From positions 13,764,001 through 13,828,000 of the forward strand of contig NC_043017.1 in the NCBI RefSeq assembly GCF_006345805.1: 64,000 bases of DNA. The letters run 5' to 3'. Below the pieces are notes generated by a model, which was given only the letters and a program-made list of their open reading frames with translations, did no database searches and was not told the origin of the DNA. A program made the position numbers and the translations under genes. Below are positions 26,724 to 37,635 of this stretch, one piece after another. The DNA comes from Octopus sinensis (lineage: Eukaryota). How positions within the stretch are numbered: the first letter of the stretch is position 1; every line of letters starts with the position of its first letter.

Positions 26724-27120
26724 GGCGATCTTTCGTCTCTAGTAGACCTTTCCGTCGATTTCCGTAAAATTTTTTTTGTTTTTTACATATGGGCTTGCGG
26801 GAACTTTTGAAGTAATATACATACATATACACATACACCGAGTAAAAAATTTCAGTTATCTCTTTCTTTCACACACACTAACAGAAGCCCTTCACTTACA
26901 CAACATACTGTCTGTCTCCCACACCCCATCAACACACACACACATGTACATCAATGCTTCCCATCCACGGTAACTTCAAAAGAATTTCCCTCGTCATACA
27001 ATCGCTTTCTCTTAGTCTCTTTCGCTCTCATTACTTCAAAAGTTCCCGCAAGCCCATATGTAAAAAAAAAATTTTCTTACGGAAATGGACGGAAAGGTCT
27101 ACTAGAGACGAAAGATTGCC
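26724..27120. mobile_element. Long-TIR MITE (about 92-bp TIRs, 8-bp TSD), Merlin-like, inserted in a SINE-B
   Basis: TIR ggcgatctttcgtctctagtagacctttccgtc...gaagtaat and its reverse complement at 27030-27120. TSD aatacttg at 26716-23 and 27121-28. Confidence 0.8.
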
Positions 27121-27817
27121 AATACTTGTGAGTGAATTTGGTAAGCGGAAACTGTGCGGAAGCCTGTCGAGTGGAGAATTGTACCCGTAATTCGAAGGCC
27201 CCAACCTTGTACATTTTATCACTTATCTGCTTGGAGGACAAGTGTCTGTGGAAAACGTAGCAACTTAAACATTAATTCAGGAGCAGATAATTCAGTGGAT
27301 CGAACAACTGAAATGCTCTTCGTCGAAACCGATGGAGAACCGTTTACTCTTTATGTGTGTGTGTCCTCGAGCTGTGGTGATTTTTCTGTCTTTTCTTCTG
27401 TATAACTACTAGGCTTACATTATCCAATGTGTCCTTCTTCCTCTTTAAAACAACATTATGTGATTTGATTTAAAGGAAAAATTGACTGACGTTTCTAGCA
27501 GTACAAGTGACCACATCAGAAGGCCTCTTTTTGCTGCTGGCTCTGACTTGTTATTTCTGCCTCTTTCTTCCACTCCTCTATTATATGTCGTAGTCGCCAT
27601 AGCGGTCGGTCGTGTTGTCGCTCTCATGTCGTTCCCTCCCACTCATATAATACTCTTATTCTCCCTCGCCTCCATATGGTGGCGGTGGCGGTGTCTCACC
27701 TACCTGTCTTTAACGTATCTCTTTCCCCCTCCCTCACTCTCACTTCACAGTTTATTGTTATTGTCTTACTCATCGGGGACTAACTTCCCATTTGTCAACC
27801 ACGCATCACCCACATTC

Positions 27818-27871
<54 letters not shown>

Positions 27872-28144
27872 TAATAAATAAAATATATGCATACATACAA
27901 ACATATATGTACGTACCGACATCTACATGTATATATACATGCATATATAAATATATATACGTACAGGACACCACAAGAAGACGTATATATATATATATAT
28001 GTGTGTTTGTGTGTGTGTAAATTCTCGGCGGTATTTATGCGTTGAAGTCTTCTATTTGATGGTAGCTTCTAGCCCGTCGCGTAAAAATTGTGTGTGTATG
28101 TGTATGATTGCGTGAGTAGTACCAGATGAACATGGGTAGATGTC

Positions 28145-28187
<43 letters not shown>

Positions 28188-28410
28188 TTATTTTATAGAA
28201 GGAGCTTCTACAGGACTAGAACTGTTTCATTCAAATGAAATCATATATAATATATATATATATATAGTGAGTAGGTCCAGATGGGCTTGACTGGACGGTC
28301 ACACACACAATGCTGTGGGAGTGCGGGTCACACCAGAGAAGCTTGGATAAGGGCGCGGAAGGAGAGAGAGAGAGAGAGAAAAAAAATGAGGGGGGTAATC
28401 AGAAACGCTA

Positions 28411-28423
28411 TGACGTCATTGGG
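28411..28423. promoter_or_regulatory. Perfect CRE palindrome TGACGTCA overlapping a reverse CCAAT (ATTGG), just upstream of E1
   Basis: Sequence tatgacgtcattgggg, preceded by a GA-repeat tract at about 28360-28380. The CRE consensus is established; function here is inferred. Confidence 0.45.
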
Positions 28424-28435
28424 GTTGTTGTTAGG

Positions 28436-28457
28436 ATGGAATTGACAATTCTGTCAG
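28436..28457 (+). CDS. Putative first coding exon (E1) of an uncharacterised + strand gene, MELTILS(G)
   Basis: ATG in strong Kozak context (aggATGG), donor CAG|gtaact, ends phase 1. It lies 18 bp after a TGACGTCA site, at the CpG-rich to CpG-poor boundary. It could instead be an internal exon (ttgttgttag|G). Confidence 0.45.
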
Positions 28458-29086
28458 GTAACTGGCTCCTTCCTCTCTACGCGCGCGCGCGTGGTTTATT
28501 TATTTAATATTGTCATATTAGCAAAGAGGTAGGTGTTGATTGTGTGGGTGACATATTTTCTGCTTTCTAAGAATTGGAAGCTAAAATCTGCATGGGATGA
28601 ATTTCCTTTCTGTGAAGACTATATATATATATATATATATACCAATTAAGGATCCCTGCTGTACTCTTTCGCCACAATTTTCTCTCACTCTTTCTTCTGT
28701 TGGCCTGCTCACTTAGCCAGAGGAGTGGCGTCATTTAAAGGCTAAAACAATGCGAAACGCATTGTGACCAGCGATGTGTAGCAACATCTGATAGCCTGGT
28801 CGGTCACGGTGATATATATATATATATGGTAGGGCTTCAACAAGTAGAAAAGCGTATTATAAAGAGTGTATACTCTTTACTCTCTTTTACTTGTTTCAGT
28901 CATTTTTGACTGCGGCCATGCTGGAGCACCGCCTTTAGTCGAGCAAATCGACCCCGGGACTTATTCTTTTGTAAGCCCAGTACTTATTCTATCGGTCTCT
29001 TTTTGCCGAACTGCTAAGTAACGGGGACATAAACACACCAGCATCGGTTGTCAAGCAATGCTAGGGGGACAAACACAGACACACAA

Positions 29087-29123
<37 letters not shown>

Positions 29124-29292
29124 CACATATATATATATACGACAGGCTTCTTTCAGTTTCCGTCTACCAAATCCACTCACAAGGCATTGGTCGGCTTGGG
29201 GCTATAGCAGAAGACACTTGCCCAAGATGCCACGCAGTGTGACTGAACCCGGAACCATGTGGTTGGTTAGCAAGCTATTTACCATACAGCCA

Positions 29293-29344
<52 letters not shown>

Positions 29345-31072
29345 ATATATATATATGTAGGGCTTCAACAAGTAGAAAAGCGTATATAATGTGTGTTTAT
29401 GATTTCTAACTAAATTATTCATAATGTCTGTGTTTAATTGAAATACCAGTGAGAAACGGGGTTTAATAGGTTTGACATGCAAACACTATCTATTACAAAT
29501 AATAGTTGTCTAAATGTGTGAGATGATGTTTTTAGACTTATTAATCCCATCTTTAGATATAAAAAGGCCAATGTCTGTAAAAGGCCCATTGCTGTGGTAC
29601 ATTTTCCATTGGTTTTCACGATGAGCATCAATTGTTCAACCTATTGAATTCTTCTTGCTTGTGAAATGAATTTGTAAGTAGCTGAGTATTCCAAAGATGT
29701 GTATACTGAACGGAAATTTATAGTTGAACCATTGTGATAATCCAGAAAGAAAGACAAAAAAATCATCCCTGCTACTTGGGCTGGTATTTTCTTTAATCTC
29801 CCCCTGCCCGCCAAAGTTTATCTCATTGGGATTTGAACATGATTCCGGGTTCAGTCCCACTGCGTGGCACCTTGGGCAAGTGTCTTCTACTATAGCCTCG
29901 GGCCAACCAAAGCCTTGTGAGTGGACTTGGTAGACGGAAACTGAAAAGAAGCCCGTCGTATGTGTGTGTATATGTTTGTGCGTCTGTGTTTGTCCCCACC
30001 CCCCCAACATCGCTTGACAACCGATGCTGGTGTGCTTACGTCCCTGTAATTTAGCAGTTCAGCAAAAGAGACCAATAGAATAAATACTAGGCTTACAAAG
30101 AATAAGTACTGGGGTCAATTTGCTCGACTAAAGGTGGTGCTCCAGCATGGCCACAGTCAAATGACTGAAACAAGTAAAAGAGTAATGAGTATGATGCTTA
30201 GAGAATTGGAATGAATATCACAAGGCACTTATATTTGGTAGTAAAGATTCTAACAATTTGCAACCACAACAAATTATGTCACTATGATAATGCTTCCTTT
30301 TCAAGACCATGTCCTTCCTTAACTTTTTTAAGATTTACGTCATCATCCATACACTGAGTAACCTTCATTGCAGTTTAAAACTGAATACCAACCATATTTA
30401 ACTGCCTTATTCAGTATTCACGAACCCCCTTGTTTTATGTTGGGTGTGAATGTGTAAAAATGTTTCTGAGCACATCCCACTTCACTCTGACTTTCTCATA
30501 TTTAATTTAACAATGTGTTGCGCCAGTCATGGGTTAACTTTTCTGAACAAGAACTTCTCAGATTTCTTTTTTTTTTTTTCAAGTAGTACAGGCTGCCTGA
30601 TGATGAGCCATGTCTGATATGATCCTCTTCTCAAAAAAGATTGCCCAGGCCTGGTCTATACATGCTCTTTAATAGAAGTTATGTTGAAAAGGTTGGCTGT
30701 TCACCAGGATAGATCCTGAATGATGGGAAGTAGGGCACTGGGTAACAATGGAGGTTCTTGTGTGCTGTTGGGGCTATAATAATGTTTTTTTTTTCTCTTT
30801 TACTATTCGTTGTTATTGTGGTCTTTGTGTATGTATTGTGGTGCACAATTGAGTGAGAGGGCCACTTGGTATTGTAGGAAGAATCAGCTGAAATATACTG
30901 GAGAGAGAGAGAAAACTTATGGTTTGGACATCTCCTTTGGATGGAGAATGAACTGTTGTTTGCTGAAAGAGGAAGTTTGAGAAGTTTGGTGTCACTGATG
31001 AAGTAAGAGTTGTGAATATCATATTATAGACCAGTTGCCGCTTGTGTTCACACATGGAGTAAGATAGACATT

Positions 31073-31442
31073 GTGGAGGCGCAATGGCCCAGTGGTTAGG
31101 GCAGTGGACTCGCGGTTTCGATTCCCAGACCGGGCGTTGTGAGTGTTTATTGAGCAAAAACACCTAAAGCTCCACGAGGCTCCGGCAGGGGATGGTGCTG
31201 ATCCCTGCTGTACTCTTTCACCACAACTTTCTCTCACTCTTACTTCCTGTTTCTGTTGTACCTGTATTTCAAGGGGCCGGCCTTGTCACTCTCTGTGTCA
31301 CACTGAATATCCCCGAGAACTACGTTAAGGGTACACGTGTCTGTGGAGTGCTCAGCCACTTACACGTTAATTTCACGAGCAGGCTGTTCCGTTGATTCGG
31401 ATCAACCGGAACCCTTGTCATCGTAACCGACGGAGTGCTTCC
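31073..31442 (+). mobile_element. tRNA-derived SINE-A, young full-length copy
   Basis: A-box TGGCCCAGTGG, B-box GGTTTCGATTCC, 12-bp TSD aagatagacatt (31061-72/31443-54). May correspond to the published octopus OR families (from memory, unverified). Confidence 0.9.
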
Positions 31443-31900
31443 AAGATAGACATTAAAAAGTGAGGGATCTTCAAATAATATAACTTATTGGTTTTTCAAT
31501 CTAAAGTACTTTCTGAAATTATTTCTGATGGTTGCATGTGTCTTTTTGGTCTTTGGTTAGATCAGGTCTTCATCCCATCTTTGTTTCATTGTCATTTAAT
31601 TTTTACAAGATAGAAACATTTCAAATTGATTAAATTCTGCCCCAGTTTAGCTCTGAAAACTAATGCTGATTTTTTTTTTTGTTTTCGTTCTAAGTATGTG
31701 GACCCATGATTAATCTCTAGTTTCCATGGTGTTAAGCAGTTGATATCGGTTGCTTCTGTTCCTGGACTTCATTACATTGAAACTCAACCCTGCGAACCAA
31801 CAAACAACTCTCTAATTCCATAGTGTTGCCGATACCTCTCATGTTGAGTTGAACTTATATAGCCATTCATGTTGAGCTGTCTAGACTTGGCCATTGAGAT

Positions 31901-32292
31901 GGATGGATGGAAGCACTCCGTCGGTTATGACGACGAGGGTTCCGGTTGATCCGAATCAACGGAACAGCCTGCTCGTGAAATTAACGTGTAAGTGGCTGAG
32001 CACTCCACAGACACGTGTACCCTTAACGTAGTTCTCGGGGATATTCAGCGTGACACAGAGAGTGACAAGGCCGGCCCTTTGAAATACAGGTACAACAGAA
32101 ACAGGAAGTAAGAGTGAGAGAAAGTTGTGGTGAAAGAGTACAGCAGGGATTGCCACCATCCCCTGCCGGAGCCTCGTGGAGCTTTAGGCGTTTTCGCTCA
32201 ATAAACACTCACAACGCCTGGTCTGGGAATCGAAACCGCGATCCTATGACCGCGAGTCCGCTGCCCTAACCACTGGGCCATTGCGCTTCCAC
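31901..32292 (-). mobile_element. SINE-A full-length copy
   Basis: 12-bp TSD ggccattgagat and (ATCC)n tail. Confidence 0.9.
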
Positions 32293-32921
32293 GGCCATTG
32301 AGATAGAGATGGTTAGACTCAACCTTTGAGAATTGTCTTGAGCATTGGCTGGTACAAACAGCTCCGTTGATAGAACATCAATGACTGACTTCTCAGTTGA
32401 CTTGACTATTCAAAGTCATAATTCCCTAATCCCTACCACTTCTGCATTAGTCTTAATGATTACCTATTTTTATGCCTCTTAATTTCTCTAGGGATTAAGC
32501 TCTTTAATTTGAGCCTACTTAAAAAAAAAAAAGCCTCTAACAAGGGTTGGCAGAATTACCAGAAACAGCAGTCAAAATCTCCCCCAAAATCACAAGCATA
32601 CATTGGATAATGTGGTCCCAGAGAACAGTACTGTGAAAAATTGGGAGGATGGTCATGACTGGAACACTTGGTTGTAAGTGGGCTGAATCAGCATTGATTT
32701 GGAGCTAAGTCAGAACTCTTTAAATTGATGGCTTCTTGATGTACATACAGTCTCATATATATATATATATATATATATATCCCGAAATTGCTAAGATGAT
32801 CCGGTTCCCGACTGAAGATTAGAGGCTTCGAGTGACCCGTCTTGTTTTTTTGTGTCGTCTCTTTGTGTGTTTTTGCGTTCTTGTCCCACTTTGTAATTTA
32901 TAATTTATATTTAATTTCTAT

Positions 32922-33001
<80 letters not shown>

Positions 33002-34008
33002 AAGAGAGAGAGAGAGAGAATAGATATTTATCTCATGCTAGATGGGATACTTTTTTTGTTGATCCTGCTAATAATGAAACAGTACACTACACTACACACA
33101 CACACACACACACAGTTATCTGTACATACGCATATATGATGTGTGGGAGTTTTTGTTTTAAGAGATTTCACCAAAGCTTTGCTCACTCGCTGCCTTAATT
33201 ACACACACACACACAAGTCATTTTAGTATTTGTGGAATAAGTAAAAAAAAAGTAAATAAATCCTGTTATTTAAAAAAAACAAGAATAAAGAAAAGCATCA
33301 CAACATTCCAAGGATAACTGTTTGTTATACATCCATATGTAAGTGATGAGTGTTGGCAGTACTCTGTGTGTGTGTGTGCTTGTATGCGCATGTGTGTGTG
33401 TGTGTGTGTGAGAGACATACCAACCACATAGTTGTATGGTGGAGAGAGAGAGGGTATAAGAGTGAAGTTGTAATTTCATATTTTCTAAGACGGGTGGTGG
33501 TGAGAGAAATGGTAAAAGAAAGAAAAAAACTGGGTGCAATTGGTAAAAAGGAAGGAAGATGAGGTGTAAGGGGGCTAAAATTACAAACAAACAAACAAAC
33601 AAACAAACAAATAACTGCTAACAAACCTCCAACAATCCATCCCCCATCCCCATTCCTCTTTCTCTCCCTCCCTCCCCCCCTCTCTCTCTCTCTCTCTCTC
33701 ACTGTTAATAGTAAAAACTGATTATTTTAAATTTTAGTGTTTCCAGCTGACTTTAAGTCAAATAACTTTGACTTCTGCAGCAGTTGTAAAATTTTTTTTT
33801 AGACTTTTTATTAGTATTGTTTGTTTGTGGCTGTTGTTCAGGGTGCTGGATAGACAGAAGTGGGATTTAGTTGAAAAGGTACTCTATGTTCTGAGTTCAA
33901 ATCCTGTGTCTCGGTGAAATAAAAGTAACAGTCAAAATTTGATTGACCAACACCCACCTTTTTCAAATTTCTGGCTTCCTGTGTTAGAAACAAGTATTGT
34001 AGGGAAAT

Positions 34009-34022
34009 GGTGGTGGTGGTGG

Positions 34023-34096
<74 letters not shown>

Positions 34097-34107
34097 CTGT
34101 TGTTGTT
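34009..34107. repeat. Compound triplet repeat (TGG)n(TAC)n(TGC)n(TGT)n
   Basis: Directly visible; gives spurious poly-W/Y/C ORFs. Confidence 0.9.
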
Positions 34108-34734
34108 ATGTTTCTTTTGAACAGTTGCAGCATAAATATGTGCAGAGCAGGAATTCCATAGAGATAGTAATCTGGGAAGAAGGCATGGTTACATGGGAGG
34201 GGGAATTGGTGTGGAAGGGTCACAGTATGGGCAATGACAGCTGGTTGAGTGAGAAGTGCCTGATGGTACATGAACAGAAGCCTTATTGTCAAAGAGAGGA
34301 CACAGCAAACCTAATGAGCATTTCCATTCCAATCAGTTGAATGACCTTTTTGCTGGTTTGGTCTGTCTTATGTGTAGTGGTGATAGTAGTGGCAGACTTT
34401 GCCTTTCATCCTTTCGGGGTCGATAAATTAAGTATCAGTTATGCACTGGGGTCGATATCATCATCATCATCGTTTAGCATCCGCTTTCCATGCTAGCATG
34501 GGTTGGACGGTTCAACTGGGGTCTGGGAAGCCAGAAGGCTGTACCAGGCCCAGTCTGATCTGGCAATGTTTCTACGGCTGGATGCCCTTCCTAACGCCAA
34601 CCACTCCATGAGTGTAGTGGGTGCTTTTTACGTGTCTGTCCTTGTTTGTCCCCTCTATGTTTAGCCCCTTGTGGGCAATAAAGAAACAGATAGTAGTGGC
34701 AGCAGCATTGCCCTAGGTCAGGGAACAGCATTCT

Positions 34735-35000
34735 TTATTGTGGGTTTGGTAATGCATTGTGTCCTTGATCAAGACACTTTATTTCATGTTGCTCCAGTCC
34801 ACTCATCTGGCAAAAATGAGTAGTACCTGTATTTCAAAGGGCCAGCCTTGTTACACTTTGTCATGCTGAATCTCCCTGAGAACTACGTTAAGGGTACACG
34901 TGTATGTAGGGTGCTCAGCCACATGCGTATTAATTCTACAATCAGGCTATTCCATGGATCAGATCAGCTGGGGCCATCGTCATCGTAACCAATGGAGTGC
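34735..35000 (+). mobile_element. SINE-D (tgtccttgatcaagacactt block plus SINE-A-type 3' half); also 44945-45575 and fragments at about 27240-27335 and 62560-62700
   Basis: 3' half tacctgtatttcaaagggcc...gaactacgttaagggtacacgtg is shared with SINE-A; the 5' part differs. Confidence 0.7.
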
Positions 35001-35073
35001 CAGGTAGAAGTATTTTTGGATCCTGAAGAAGTGCTAGTTTTTGCTATGTTAACGATGTGTATTTATTTATCAG

Positions 35074-35124
35074 GTGAAGCCATCATTGATAGTCAAGATT
35101 CAAATTGTGTGCAGTTTGTGACAG
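35074..35124 (+). CDS. Putative exon E2, (G)EAIIDSQDSNCVQFVT
   Basis: Acceptor tatttatttatcag|, donor CAG|gtatag, 51 nt (3n). Only the phase-1 frame is open, matching E1. Confidence 0.6.
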
Positions 35125-35223
35125 GTATAGGTGTAATAATCTTTTATTATGTACAGTGATTGTGTCATTTTATGGAAGGAGCGAAAGTTGACTGAATATT
35201 TCTGGGAACTTTAATGATTTTAC

Positions 35224-35452
35224 TTAACCCTTTCGTTACCGTATTTATTTTGAGATGCTCTGTGTTTCTTTCAATTATTTTAAATATAACAAAGAATTTA
35301 GTAAAATAACTTAGTTATCATTAAGCTAGTATTAGGAATATAAATTGCGACTAAAGTTTGGTGGTATATTTTGATGCAAAACTTATGAAAAAAAGACATT
35401 TGTACTACAGAGCCAGAGCCGGTTTTGGCCGGGTTGGTAACGAAAGGGTTAA
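35224..35452. mobile_element. piggyBac-type MITE family 2; other copies 39117-39345 and 40173-40383
   Basis: TTAA-ccctttcgttacc ... ggtaacgaaaggg-TTAA: 13-bp TIR flanked by TTAA. The three copies share internal sequence. Confidence 0.85.
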
Positions 35453-36876
35453 GGGATCTACACTGATGTCAATGGTATGTCGCATGGAGGGGTAGTGTCT
35501 CTCTTTGAGGGAGGGAGTGGCATGTCTTTGTCATAAAGAAGTCTGTTTCATGAGATGGTGGTGAGTCTGTCTTAATGGAGGGGTGTTTTATATTTTCATC
35601 AAAGAAGACAGTGCAATAACCCTTAAGAGTGCTTGATACTGGTGGATGGGACTGAGGAAATTAACCTCAAACTCAAGTTAAATGATGGTTAAATGAGTCC
35701 CTCCCACCCAAGATAAATTGTGGTGGGAATTGAACTTGCAACAAATACTGCAAGGTATCTGGTTTGATGTTTCTATAGTTCCAACAATCTATTACCTTTC
35801 TTTTTTTATTATCACTGGTAACGATGATCAAATGGTAACGATGATCTAGGTGGGATTTGAACCCAGAGTGCAGTGTTGGAACAAATACCATGAGACATTT
35901 ACACACTTTAACAACTCTGCCAATTCACCACCTGTGATGTGTGTGCATGTTTCTAAATTAGATTGTGTATAGATGTATATGTGCATTTTTTAAACTCAAT
36001 TCTGTATGTGTGTGTGTGTGTGTATATGTTTCTCTAAGTTACATTATGTATATGTTTATGTACATGTATCTTAGTTACTTTCTATATGTGTATACATGTG
36101 TATCTAAGTTACATTGTATGTGTGTGTGTGTGTTCCAAGTTCCATTATTCCTAATGATTTTCCATCAATACTTTAGTGAGACAATGTTATTGAAACCAGA
36201 TTCTTGTGTAGTTTAGGTCCTGACTAATGTTAGATTAGAAGACATTAATAAAACAAACTTGCAATATAAACCACATGTTGACAACATTCTCTCGCTTTCT
36301 ACACAGTTCTCTCTCTCTCTCTCTCTCTCTGTTGCAAGATTCACATTTTGAACCAATTAATTCACAACTGCCAAAATTAAAATCGCTACTTTTATAGTGA
36401 CCTACTTTTATTATTATTGTTGTTGTTTCTACTGCCACCGCCTTCTTCGTAGTTTGTTAAACATTCAGAACTGTTTTAATTCATAATATTGACCTAGGGT
36501 CAACCAAGATTACTGGTTTTGTTATAACATCATGTTATAACGAAACCAGTTATCTTGCTTGACCCTAGGTCAGCCCTAACTGAGCAAAATACCCTGATTA
36601 AAAGGTTTTTCTAGCCATGATCGCAGTCCACTTTAGACTACATCATTCAGTGTGTTTTGTTAGAGATACTAGGCATGTTAAAGACTTGGCATTCTTTATT
36701 AGGAGGGACTTGGTGCAAAGTTTACTTATTGTCTTCTTGGTACTGCAAGACACACACACTGCTTCAATTATTCCACTGTGGTTCTTTGTCTATAATTAGA
36801 ATCATACAAGTTGTATGGTTTTTCACTGTTATTTCAACCCACCTTTGAGATGTTTGAATGTTTCTAATTTTATTAG

Positions 36877-36917
36877 ATCTTCCTGTTCCTCCATCCCCAA
36901 CAAAGCCCCTACCACAA
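36877..36917 (+). CDS. Putative exon E3, (D)LPVPPSPTKPLPQ
   Basis: Acceptor tttctaattttattag|. Phase 1 to 0 with a weak donor (CAA|gtttat); an alternative donor TTG|gtcagt lies at 36960. Confidence 0.45.
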
Positions 36918-37339
36918 GTTTATACAATGTTTTATTTTTGCAGTTCTTCAGTTCTTCTTGGTCAGTTGTCATGATTCTCTGATATTTACAAATTTAAATA
37001 TTGCACATCTGGCTTAGACTGTTGTTATTAGATTCACCACAAATATCCTCTATCTCACCACCCTGAGTCTTAAAAATAAATATCTTATACTCTCCTAAGT
37101 CAGTTTTAAAAGTGTCTTGTTTCCTCCCCTCAAGATATTAAAAGTGGTCAGCTGACAGACTCATTAGTGTGTCAGACAAAATGTATAGTGGCATTTCTTT
37201 TGACTCATTAGATTCTGAGTTCAAATACTATCAAAGCTAACTTTGCCTTTCATCCTTAAAATAGTGTACCAGTCAAGTACTGGGATTAATGTAATGGACT
37301 AATCCCCTCTCCATAAATTGCTAACCTTATACCAAAATA

Positions 37340-37635
37340 TTGAGCGAAAACACCTAAAAGCTCCACGAGGCTCCGGCAGGGGATGGTGGTGATCCCTGCT
37401 GTACTCTTTCACCACAACTTTCTCTCACTCTTACTTCCTGTTTCTGTTGTACCTGTATTTCAAGGGACCGGCCTTGTCACTCTCTGTGTCACGCTGAATA
37501 TCCCCGAGAACTACGTTAAGGGTGCACGTGTCTGTGGAGTGCTCAGCCACTTACACGTTAATTTCACGAGCAGGCTGTTCCGTTGATTCGGATCAACCGG
37601 AACCCTCGTCGTTGTAACCGACGGAGTGCTTCCAC
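37340..37635 (+). mobile_element. SINE-A, 5'-truncated
   Basis: 11-bp TSD ataccaaaata. Confidence 0.9.

Noticed and set aside
27412-27420. Minus-strand donor AAT|gtaagc
   Set aside because: It is part of the ancient dispersed repeat (cf. 61786 and 26260), and the upstream frames are closed.
31073-31140. tRNA genes
   Set aside because: A and B boxes are present, but they are SINE heads followed by SINE body and TSDs, with no proper acceptor stem.
33939-34340. ORF with poly-W/Y/C runs
   Set aside because: Compound triplet microsatellite.
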